NCBI GenBank assembly: GCA_040954595.2
Contig: CM082577.2
Span: 9,697,846-9,761,845, forward strand
DNA: 64,000 nt
From: Balanoglossus misakiensis
Lineage: Eukaryota > Animalia > Hemichordata
Direction: 5' to 3'
Numbering within the stretch: position 1 is the first letter of the stretch; each line of letters starts with the position of its first letter. The notes below the pieces were generated by a model that was not told the origin of the DNA, searched no databases, and saw nothing but the letters and a program-made list of their open reading frames with translations. Shown here in pieces: positions 1 to 11,300 of this stretch. A program made the position numbers and the translations under genes.

Positions 1-2332
1 TCTTGTTGTCTTGGCGACTGGCGACCGGGGGTTCGGCGCTGGTTTGGGCCATCTCCTCTCTGGAGGCGACCTTCTCCTCGACCGATCCGATTATCCCCTT
101 GAGACTGTCCGTCTCCTCGTCCTGGGCCTTCAGCGTGCCCTCCACGTCGAAGAGTTTCAGTTCCAGCTCTTCCAGCTTGGATTCCAGCTCTCTGGAGGGC
201 GTCTTGGAGACGCTGTAGGGATTGGCGCTGAGTTTCCTCTCCAGCCCCCCGACCCGTTTCTCACTCTCTCTGAGCTTGCGGTCCGAACTGGCGAGTTTCG
301 TCGTCAGGTCCTGGATTCTGGTGCTCATTAAATCCATCTGCTCGTCGAAATTCGCCTTGGCTCGCCGGTTTTCCTCTTTAATCTGTAAATACTGGAGTTC
401 CAGGTCATCATACGTGCTATTAGCCTCTCTGAGATCAGTTCTCAGCTTTTTTATTTCCTGCAGAGCACTTTCGTATTTTGTTTTTAGCTGCTTGATAGCC
501 AACTCAGGACTGTCTGTTTCCTCTTCGGTGTCTTCTCTAGAAAGACTCGCTTCGAGAAAAGATATCCTGTTTCTCTTGTCATGGAGTCTCTTCTCGGCAC
601 TGTCCACCTTCTTTTCTGCATCTTCAAGAGACTCTCTCAGTCCTTCGAGCTCTCTGCTCTTATCACTCATCTCTTCCTGGTGGGATTTCTTAAGCAAGTA
701 CATCTCCTTCTCGAGCGTTGCAACGGTGTCCCTTAATTCCTCCACGCCTGGCACCGTATCAGTCAGCTTCTTTTCTTGTTCCTGCGACGGACTTTTCGAT
801 TGCTGGAGCTGCCTCCTGAGTTGGGAGATCTCCACCGTCTGCTGGAGGATCTGCTCTTGTATGCTGCCTCTGTGGGTGTGACACTTGTCCAAGTCGCTGC
901 TCAGTCTCTTGTTCTCGTCCAGCTTTTCCTGCAGTTTTGCATTGAGGTCTTCCAGCTCGGCAGTTTTGTCCTCGAGCGCCAGTTTCAGTTCGGATATCTC
1001 CTTCACGTTTTCCTCCAGCTGCTTTCTGGTGATCTCGTGTTCTTCTTGAAGCCGCTGTATCTGAGCCTTCAGATCGCTGACTTCATCAGAGCTTTGGTAC
1101 TGCTGCTGTTGAGTTGATCTGGTGTCTGGTTCTGACAGCTGGTCAGTGAGTTGAGCGACCCTGTCGGATTCCTCCTGAAGCGCCGCCTTCAGTTCCCCGA
1201 TTTCCCTGGCGCTCGCCTCGAGGTACTCCTCGGCCACAGCCTTGTCGGCGACGGCCTCGTCGAGCTTCTGCCTCAGGTTCCTGATCTTGTCTTTACTGCT
1301 GTCGTCGTCACCCGACTTGCCCTGCAGCGAGTAGTTCTGCTTCTGCAGGGTGTTCACCACGGCTTTCAATCGCTTCAGCTCCTCTTGTAAATGCAAACTG
1401 GCGTCGGTCTCCACCTGTAAATTGTTCAGTGCCTCCTTCAGTTTCCTCTCCGACTCCTCCAGCCGTTTGTCCAAGTCCGTCTTGGGCGTGGGCATGGCGA
1501 CGTCCATGGCGTCGCCTTGGAGACCCAGGGTCAACTCGGCCATCTTGCTCTCTGCTTCGTCAAGTTTTTCCTGCAGCTTCGACTTCTGCGTCATTTCTGT
1601 CTTCAGCTGGTGCAAGAGTTCCTCGATCTTGTCCTCCTGCTGGTGCCACTCTTCGTCGAGCTTCTCACTCTCCTTCCTGGCTCTCTGTTCCTTGAGGTTC
1701 TTCTCGTCCATCAGCTGGGCTACCTTTTCGTTGCTGAGCCGCAGTTTCTCCTCCAGCGCCTCTCGGTCGGCCTGGGCCTTGCCCTGCAGCCTGGAATACC
1801 GCTTCTCGAATCTCTCTTCGTTTTTTACGAGATCTTCTTCGCTGTCCTTCAGTCGCTGTTTGGCTTCTTCAAGCTTGGACGTCAGGTGCTCCATTTTGAC
1901 GTGCGTGGCTGGCCGCTGGTGAGATATCTCCAAATCGCCGATCAGTTTGTCTTTGGCGCCGATCTCCGCCTCTGCGGTCTTCAGCGCGTTTCTCAGGTCC
2001 ACGATTTTAGATTCCAGCTTCTCGTTTTTCTCGCTCAGCACATCCCCCAGAGCCTCGGTCTTGTTCTTCTCCACCTTCAGATCGATTCGAAGCCGGTGCG
2101 CCGCCTCTTCGCTCTCCGTCAACTCGGACACCGCGATGTCCAACTTCATCTGGAGTTGCTGAATTTCGTTCTCCTGCCTGCTGATCACCTGGTTGGTCTC
2201 GCTGAGTTTTTTCTTCAGGTGGTGGAGTTGCTGCTTGGTGATCTCCGAGACGTTCTTGCTTTCTTTCAGTTCCACTTGGAGCTGCTGGTTGCGCTGAGCG
2301 ATCTGGTCCTGGTGAGTGTTCATGTCCTCAAT
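1..2332 (-). CDS. MPRIP: Very large coiled-coil exon (>=777 codons), running off the window start
   Basis: Acceptor cattacag; frame IEDMNTHQDQIAQRNQQLQVELKE...LMSTRIQDLTTKLASSDRKLRESEKRVGGLERKL... I found no stop before base 1. E/K/L/Q heptad-rich. Absent from the ORF track, presumably because no stop codon is in the window. Confidence 0.92.
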   Translation of the reverse strand, partial: MEDMNTHQDQIAQRNQQLQVELKESKNVSEITKQQLHHLKKKLSETNQVISRQENEIQQLQMKLDIAVSELTESEEAAHRLRIDLKVEKNKTEALGDVLSEKNEKLESKIVDLRNALKTAEAEIGAKDKLIGDLEISHQRPATHVKMEHLTSKLEEAKQRLKDSEEDLVKNEERFEKRYSRLQGKAQADREALEEKLRLSNEKVAQLMDEKNLKEQRARKESEKLDEEWHQQEDKIEELLHQLKTEMTQKSKLQEKLDEAESKMAELTLGLQGDAMDVAMPTPKTDLDKRLEESERKLKEALNNLQVETDASLHLQEELKRLKAVVNTLQKQNYSLQGKSGDDDSSKDKIRNLRQKLDEAVADKAVAEEYLEASAREIGELKAALQEESDRVAQLTDQLSEPDTRSTQQQQYQSSDEVSDLKAQIQRLQEEHEITRKQLEENVKEISELKLALEDKTAELEDLNAKLQEKLDENKRLSSDLDKCHTHRGSIQEQILQQTVEISQLRRQLQQSKSPSQEQEKKLTDTVPGVEELRDTVATLEKEMYLLKKSHQEEMSDKSRELEGLRESLEDAEKKVDSAEKRLHDKRNRISFLEASLSREDTEEETDSPELAIKQLKTKYESALQEIKKLRTDLREANSTYDDLELQYLQIKEENRRAKANFDEQMDLMSTRIQDLTTKLASSDRKLRESEKRVGGLERKLSANPYSVSKTPSRELESKLEELELKLFDVEGTLKAQDEETDSLKGIIGSVEEKVASREEMAQTSAEPPVASRQDNK

Positions 2333-5300
2333 CTGTAATGTGTGAAATTTTGAACGTATGTTGTTAAGGTGGCTTTGATAAAAATCCTTTGCAATCTCTG
2401 AGCAGGTTTTGAGAAAAAATAAGGTAAAGAACAACGCATGATAAAGCTGCAATAAATTAGTGGTTAAATATTTTCTATAGGTCAATCAGAAAATGAATGT
2501 ACCTAAAATACTGGCAAGAGAATGGGTTTAGGAAAACTGTCCTATAGTCTGTTTGACTGACCTGTGTCATGTAAGTGTGTTGCTCAACATCCAATTCACT
2601 GATCGATTCCCGGTGATCTCGGCGAGCCGTCGTCATCTGCGTCTTCAGTTCAATGTTCTGTTGGTGGGCTTCCACTAGTTCCTGCTGGGTTTTCTCCAAC
2701 TGAGCTTTCAGAGATTCCACCTGTGAGTTGGGATAGAGAGAGAGAGCTGTTAAAAGAGATACAAGTCAAGATCATGATCATGACTGATGTTCAGTGGAGT
2801 GAGGCTACCTACGGCCATAATAATGTGAATTCGTAATGGCTGTTTCTAATTGCGGAGTTATAGCCTATCAAAGCATACAAACGGTTAAGCTGGGAGAAGG
2901 AAATAATTATAGATAAATCATCACTCTGTATTAATTTTCATTAATTATTCAAAAGTAGTAAATTATAATTGAGATATTCCCCGGGCCCTAGAAACATTAA
3001 AACTGTAACTGAGACTCTTTAAGACTACTGATAGAAATGTAAATACAGAGTTAAAACAACAATGTACAAAGAATCAATTTTTCTTTGGTTTTTATTTCAC
3101 CTGCTCAGCTAGGAATGCACTCCAAATTTGGGTCAAATAGGCACCCAGCATGTAATTACCATTTTTGAACTGACTGCCGGCATCCTGCAGGATTAACACG
3201 GATACGCCTTGTGGCTCACACACGGATAATTTAACAGAAGACTTTATTCCTAATGGAAGGTCTCACCTGCCCCTAAAAACCCAAATCCCTGTGCGCAAGG
3301 CCTGTTGTGACCGTGACCCCACGTGTCGCGCTCCCAGCAACGACTCCCAGATACCCAGTGCCATGTTTATCGCTTCCAACTTTTCCCAGCAAATTACTCA
3401 CGTCTGTTCCCCCGGCTACAGTGGAGCATCCATTAAATGAAATGGCATTATAACTACCGGGCAATGGGCACCGGACCCATCAATTTCTGTTCAATCATCA
3501 ATCCCAGCTACCTATATCAATACTTAATTGGGCGTGGATTACTAATATTAGTTTCTATTCCTGTTTTTGTGAGAAAATGCATAAGGAAATAGCAGAGTGG
3601 TAAAAGGGCGAGTTTCGTGATGTGCGGCACACTCCATTCATTTCGCAGGAGACAGCGCCCTCAAGCAACTGTTCACTCCGCTCAAATTCGTGTCAAGTTC
3701 AAGTTCAAGCAGCATTGTGTATAACAACAGACAGTGGGCAGTAAACATTCTTTTTCACGTGTCACAATTACATTCTAGTCATCAATCAGTTAATCACATG
3801 ACCCCTTCATGACCTCATGTGGGGGTCTGCCTAGTTTGGTTAAAATTTGGTACACCAATAATTATTGCGATTTTCAACTCCTGTCTTGAGACACTGGAAT
3901 TTCATACTCTGTAGATTTGGTTACTATATAAAGAAATAAATGTTCTAACCCCAAACAATTTACGTCAGACAATTAATATCGTCCTGGAGATATTTTTCAG
4001 CTCTCAAAGTTTTATCACACAAGTTTTCACACTATAAAATCAAAGCTATAAAATCCCCGAGACATTTTATAATTTCTCGTTCAGAAAATCGCTGTTGAAC
4101 TGACATGGCCTGCAGCGAAAAAGAGCCTTCATTACATTTTTATAGCGCCAACAACACTTCCAAATTTAGCGAAAATTACAGAATGAAATTTTTATGTCGT
4201 CTTTTCTATCTCTACAGCGGGCACTGAACTATAGATTGATGAATTGTACACAAAAAGTCAAGGACTTTTTGCTTTAAAGCACCAACTGCGCGAGTTCATT
4301 TCCTGCATGTTGAATTGTGATGATCGTCATAAATAACAAAAGCAAATCATTGTCACCGATGCAGCACCCACCATGATAAAGAGTTTACATTAGGGATGAA
4401 AACGTTTGAATTCAGAATTTCAATTTCAGAATTTCACACCCAAGGCACTTCATCCACTAAACAGTTTGTTGCAGAGGGTTGACAGCAGGATGTGGTTTTT
4501 TGAAGATTTTCTGAACTTCTGTGACAAACTGACCAACATTTTAAACTGATCTCTCCAGTTTTTGAACACAAAGTACATTTTCTGAACGTAAATTTACCAC
4601 AGGCACACTTGCGCATATTCAGGACTCTTCGCGTTCTATTCTCTGGATAAACATTGAAATGCCCGTGATACAGACAGTCCTCGGTCCTCGCAGGAGTCGG
4701 GTGTTTGTTTTCCGGTTAAATAAAGTGTTTCCTTAATAATCCCCTGTACATGGAGGAGTTTGGCATTTAGGGCTCTCGTTGGGAAACCCTAACCTGATTA
4801 TTCTACAAGGCACAAACCGAAGAACGTGCAAACACTCAAGACGCGAAACATTAGATTAAGACCGCATTAGACATCAAATGTTACACAGTTGACCTGATTA
4901 TACCTGCCAAATTGGAGCACACACATTCAGTCAACATTGACTATGCACAGTTCAAATATTTAGCATTGGGTGTCCTGTAAGGTATCAGAGGAACTTGAGT
5001 TGAGAACACCTTGAATTTCATGGTCGACATTATATTCAACATTTTTTTGTTTTTGTATTAAAGGTTACAGATAGTTTGGCAGAATTTTTGAAATTCACCA
5101 AATTAATAAGTACATATGAAATGTTTTTCTTTTAATATTCTCAAATATTTTAATATATAAAATTGCAGTAGGTGGCCACTGGCTTGTGATTTATACTGAA
5201 TTATTCTGATCACTTTGAAAGAGCTCTAATAACGTGCGTTGCGGTCAGTTTTGACGACAAAGTGGCCCTTGTTTGGCCACTTTCATCAAATTTGATCAGA

Positions 5301-8300
5301 GAGGGTGTATACCAGCGCCACAAAAATCGTTTCCTCTGAAATGAGTTTAAAACATGCAAATACAAGGAGTGGGCGTTTGCACACATAGACGAGCAGACCC
5401 CTGTCTAAGAATCTCCATTCTTTATATATCCCCCCCCCCCTACCCATACAGCAGGCACTGGCCGTTACTTGAAATGGAGCATTACCTGGATCCATTAAAT
5501 GACTCACGATGCCTCATAAATAGCATGTTTCAAGAGCACTTAATCCGAAACTTTATGATGTTAAGCAGGATGCATGTTATTTCTAGGCCCTGAGCACAGA
5601 TTTGATTATGCGCAGTTTGTGTCAAGGACTGAAAATTGTCAATACGAAGAGAAAGTATTAAGACTATTCTGTCCATTTTTTGTGTTAGCAATACAGGATG
5701 CAAACATCACACTTGTAGCTAGTAAACCCCAATATTTGAAATCTCACCTCTGCTTCCAGTAATTCCACCAACATGGTTTCTCCCGAACTGGACGTAATGT
5801 TACCGTCCGCCTCTCCGCTCTTCTGCGGCTCTTCCCGCTGGAAATCCTCCAGATCACTGCTCTCAGACACACTGGTGCTGTCGTCGACGGCGACGCCCTC
5901 TTGTCCCTCTGAGCCGACCTCTAAATTCCCGGCTAAGCTGATTTCCTCTTTCCCCATTTCTATTTCGATCTCCGCGGCGGCCGGGACGCCCGCTTCCTGT
6001 TCGGAGACGCTAGCCGCATCATCATCGCCCTCCTCTGACTCGGTGTCGCTTTCCGCCTCCGAATCTGACAGTTCGCCTTCGCCGGTTTCCATGGCGACTG
6101 GACTCTCTCTAGTTCTGTCCGCGGAGGAGGGTTGATCTAGGGGCGACGCGCGGACCCGGGTGGGGCTCCTCATCGCCTGCAGGCTGGTCAGGTACACCGG
6201 GTTGCTTTCGAACTTCACGGGGCTGATCCGGTAGCGCTGCTGCTGGCCTTCTTTTTTGGCCGGAGTCACCGCCGACGACGTTTCAAGGTCCGACTTCCTG
6301 CCAAGCATGTAATCCACGTCCGGGGGAAGTTTCCTGGAAGGGACGGGTTGGTTTTTCTCGGAGAGTTCAACGTCTCCCACACTGAGTGCCGTTTCTTCCC
6401 CGACCTCCTCTCCGTCGTCGAGCTCGTCGCCCGAAGAATCGCTGCCGCTCCGTAGTCGGTCCATAACCGCGTCGCCGGCTTCGTCCGGCACCACGGGAGA
6501 CGCCGGAAGCGCCGCTATGGCCTTCCTGATGGCCTGTATCCAGTTATTGCGTATTCCATTAGTCATGGCCGCCACAACAATGGGGGAACTGTCACTCAGC
6601 TGAAAAGTATAGGATCGTGCAGAAACGAGAAAAACAGAAATGAGAAAAACAATCAAAGAAATCCTATGAGAACAAAATGTTCAGTAATTTTTTAATCCAC
6701 AGGCAATTTTTCCTACCTTGATTTTAAAGCCATAGTTTCTGAGGACAGAAACATGAGAAATATTCAAAGAAATCATAGAGAATAAAAATTTTAGTAAATG
6801 TTTAATCCATAGGCAATTTTTTTTTTCTTACCTCAATTTGAAAGCCATAGTTTCTATGGACGTCAATCTCTTTTACTTCTTTACAGGTGGACAGATATAT
6901 ACAGTTATCTTCTTTCTCAGCCTGTTGATGCAAAACAAAAAACAAAAATCAAAGTCCAGAGACAAGAATGATGACTGAAGCTCGTGAAAATTATCTCAGA
7001 TGACAAAAATGATCAGTTTTCTGTAATATGTCAAGGACAGAAGAATATAACTGTCGTCACAACACATTGTCCTTCAGGCAAGGAAGATATTTCGGGGACA
7101 ATGAATTCTGTGTTCCTGCTGATACCCACACTTCCCTCATCAAGGTGATGTGATGAGTCAAATGATTTGAATAGAACAGGCACAAAGATTTCCATTATGT
7201 GTATAAATCTACTGTACATGATGAGCAAAACAGAAATTGTCAACACATATATATCTCCACTTGTAAATACTTTTCCTGGTCTTAATACTGGTGTGCAGAC
7301 TTCACCTTGTGAATAAAATAAATCTGACTATGTCCTTTAGAATTTACCATTCCTTTGCACATTTAAGCTTGATATAAGCTAAATGCTGGGCATTTCACCA
7401 TGATTCAGGAACTGTAGTAGATACGCAAAGAAAATACTAAAAACAGTGAAAGGTTACTGCTACTGGACTGGAGCTTAAGATGAAATAGCAAATCATAAAT
7501 ATTTCTTTGAGACAAACCTCTTCATGCCGGGAGTCACTGTAGGACTTCAAGGTATTATCTGACAGAACAAACCAATGTTTGGTCCAATCCTATTGAAACA
7601 AAAAAAAAAAACTAATTATCAACATTTTTTTCTCTCATGAAGCGATTAATTATCACCATTGTGATAATTTCTGACACTTTTACCTTTACCAGACTTTCAT
7701 GAAAACAGAAATAAGAAATTGTTTGAACAGCACACTGTAGCAGACTTTAATAGATTACAAATAAAGTATACTCAATGTTTAGATGTTTCTAAATTTACTT
7801 TTTACCAGAGTGTATCAGAGAAAATTCAAACTATGTCACCTTTTGGGCGACCTCACTCAACAAACTTTTCATTTGATGTTTACAATACACAGATTATCTT
7901 GTTTTAGGTCGCAGTTCGGGAGAATTTTTGTTTGTCAAATGAAGATATGGTTTATCTGGTCGCATTCCACAGTTTACACATTAAGTCTTCAAGATACAGC
8001 ACATAGTCAAAATACACCTACAATCACACACGTAATGTGTATTGTGTCACAAAAATGCAGCCATTTGATAAACCAGCATAATTTTGACAGTTGTTGATTA
8101 GAAATGGAGAAAAATACTGCATTGTGTGATACATGTAGCATGATTAATATTTGGCATGAAGTATGACATCACTGACAGACAGAAGTTTATCTAATATGAA
8201 CTTATGAAGGAACTGTACAAACAAAGCATTGAACAGTCTTTATTCAAATCATAACATGGCATTCCTACAGGATTTCGGCCAATCAGCTGTAGGTTCAAGA

Positions 8301-11300
8301 TTTCAATGGAAAAGAGAGCCCTCATATGATTGGCTACCAGTATTAGCAGCTGATAAATAATTTTTTGTACATTCCAGAACTGAAATGTTTGTGTGGTTGA
8401 TGAAGCACGATAAATTTAGTAATGTTTAGCAGACGCCATAAATCCTTACAATTTTCCTATTTAGTAATTCACAAATTCATCATCTGTGCATTTTCACTGT
8501 CTTCATTCGGTCTGGCACGCAACACTGAGCCCAACTACTGGTATATAAACCAGTCAATCAAAATTATGTGTCTGACAATTCACCCCTGATCTCTCTGCCC
8601 CACTGCACCCTGAACGCCCGATGGTCACAATGAAAAGTTTACATCTGAAGCCACTCAAATCAGTGTTTACAAGGTACTACACAAAAACGAGGGATACGTT
8701 TCACAAAATCCAAAACTGCAAGCGATATTAAACATCTAATGATTATTATTTTCCAAAAATACAAACAACATAATGAAAACAGACTGAAAGGGCACTCACT
8801 GAAATCTAAACAAGGAACAAAGAATATGCGCAGGTAACATCTGTTTATTATTGAACTATCATAGAGTAATAAATTCAGGTATTCTTCCATTAAAGAGGGA
8901 TTCCGCTTGCTTGGAACCAGATGGCATCCACAGTTAAAATCTACAGTTATTTTCTTTTCTTTTTTTTCAAATTGCTATAAAGGAATTATACATATATTTG
9001 AGGATTCATGCTATATCGTGATCAAGCAATAAAAAAAAATTTCTTTGAGGCAAAATTTGCAATTTCAGAAATCAAAACTGTATTATTACGGCTCAGCTAT
9101 AACTTTCTATCATTCCGGTTATCATATTCCCAGGGGCTGTATAAAATTCCAGTGCATGAAATAAAATATGATACCAGTAAAAATAAACATAAAGGATTTA
9201 TTACGCGTTACTATGGCAACTCTACAGTATCCTTTCACACACCGTGGGCAGTATTTGCAATAAACGGTTCTTCCTTCAAATTTTATCATTGATTCAAAAA
9301 TTTCTCGTTTCACACACAGAATGCATTTTTTCAGTCTCTTCTTTTGTGCCGTCATTCTTTGGGTGGGAAGGGGACATTTTCCAGGGCATTGAACATTTAC
9401 CGTCCGTTCTCAGCAGCCTCACAATCTGTTCTCTCAAGGACGACATCGCATGGATTATAAAATCGCGTAAACAGATGGGTTGTAAAATCTCTTTTAATGC
9501 TCGGGTATCTCTTGAAAACCCCTAGAATTCTGTCTCGGCCAATTTACTGTCTTTTTTAGAAGGTTTTCACCCCCCAGATTCAAAGCCATAAAATGAAATG
9601 CGATTGAAGAGTACGTTTCAGGCGATTCAGCACGGTCAATTCAAAGTCAACATAAAGGATTTTTTTCAGAGCCAGGGAGAATAATCAATTTTTTCCTTGT
9701 TTTATGGAATGCCAATATTTGCTTTAACCTGTTTATCTCAAAGTATGCACATTTCACTGTTTTGTCACTACTGATAGTATCCGACAAAATACATTTTGCA
9801 TGTTCGTAAAATAGCATAGACCAAACACTTTGGATTTAAACAGTTTATAGTCGTATCTTTTCCTAATGACATGACTGATGGCCACTTAGCAGTTGCTATT
9901 TGCATCTTTTAGATAGTAAACTATTGGGTCAACTATGTAGAGATAAAAACCAAAGGTGAATACACTTATTAATTATACTTGAATAGTCTCAAATGTTAAC
10001 AATCGTTTTCAAATTAGCTGCTTGCTTGGGTTTAAGTGGAAGTGGAGCTGGGTGTGTGGTTTGTGAAGGAAACTTTAATAGTGTGTACTGTGCTTGAGTG
10101 TTAGTCATGCCAATGGCAGTTGTTATACGATATGTACAGAATCAAGACTGAAAATTTGGGACAAATTGGGGAACACCATGCAAATTTTGAATGAGAGTCT
10201 AGCAAACTTGTCTGAAATGTGAAATTCAAAATGGCCGCCATTCTCTGTGTTAACTCTACATGGAGAAAATAAATTATAATTAGTGAATTTTTTGTGAAAA
10301 CATTACAGTGAACACCCCATTTTATTCTTTGTTTTCACAAAGACTTCTCACACACTGTGATATAACAAAGAATTGAGAGGTTTTAACTACAATTTTTCTG
10401 AATATGTCTCCGAGGTACGTATTACCTTTAGTCTAGTGTAAGACTAACGACCATAACACTGGTAGATTTTATCTTGTGCAAAGTGCAGTAAACTCTATCA
10501 TCACCCTTCCTCCACTATGAGGCGTTTCAGACAGAATTATCGCATTTCTGCCACATTGCCAGGTCATACAGACACTCACAATCACTGTTTTTTATCCAAT
10601 TTGGCAGTATCTAACACCATGTCTGTGCCTGATAAGCAGCACCGCGGCTGACATAACAAAAAACAGTGATTAATTCACAACTCACCTTTTCGTTTTCTCG
10701 TTTGATTAGCCATCCTTTCTTGAGGTGTATGATATCCTGAAATTAATGACAAAGAGTGTGATATGTTGTCGTTGGGAAATGCTGGCACTGGACTCGAGAA
10801 CGGTCTTTTATTTCACACCTCGCTGCGAGGCAGACGCAATTATGCCACTTCTGCGAGGACTGAGAGTACATTAGGACACCCACTCGTGTACGCCGTGAAA
10901 TAACACCCATGCAAAATGACGCCGACAAAAAATGTAGTTTTTTTCACTTTACACCCTACATCTATCGTATGTCAATTCTGCAACATATTCTGCAACATCT
11001 TCTTGCAGCGAACAAAGTTAAGTGGTACCAGTTGATAAAAATTACAGACATTGTTAAAAAAAAATTCATAAAAAATCATAAATTTTGCACAAGATTTCCA
11101 ATACGAAAACAACTGCAGTTCCGAGAACCTTCATCAAAACGAATATTTGATTTAGGTTTTTTCCATTTTTCTAAAATAATTAAGTCAAACCACTGCAGTG
11201 TTATGGATCTTTTCACACTCAATATTGTGTCCCTCTTTTGACAATATTTCAAGGTCAGTGACGATGTACGTCAAGACTAAACTGACTGTCAACGGCGTGT

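Noticed and set aside
3-2338. Long plus-strand ORFs (e.g. 222..881, 1350..1922, 1517..2338)
   Set aside because: Antisense shadows of the minus-strand coiled-coil exon; their Leu/Ser/Phe-rich composition is what reversed Glu/Lys/Gln codons produce
3267-3486. Gly-rich minus-strand ORF 3273..3464 next to a good donor (CAG|gtgaga at 3266)
   Set aside because: Stop codon two codons before the donor, weak acceptor and no frame-compatible exon; no recognisable homology
10200-10430. Segment with caaaatggccgcc...tacctt end resembling a one-ended TTAA-type MITE
   Set aside because: No partner TIR, TSD or second copy in the window, so it cannot be supported from this sequence
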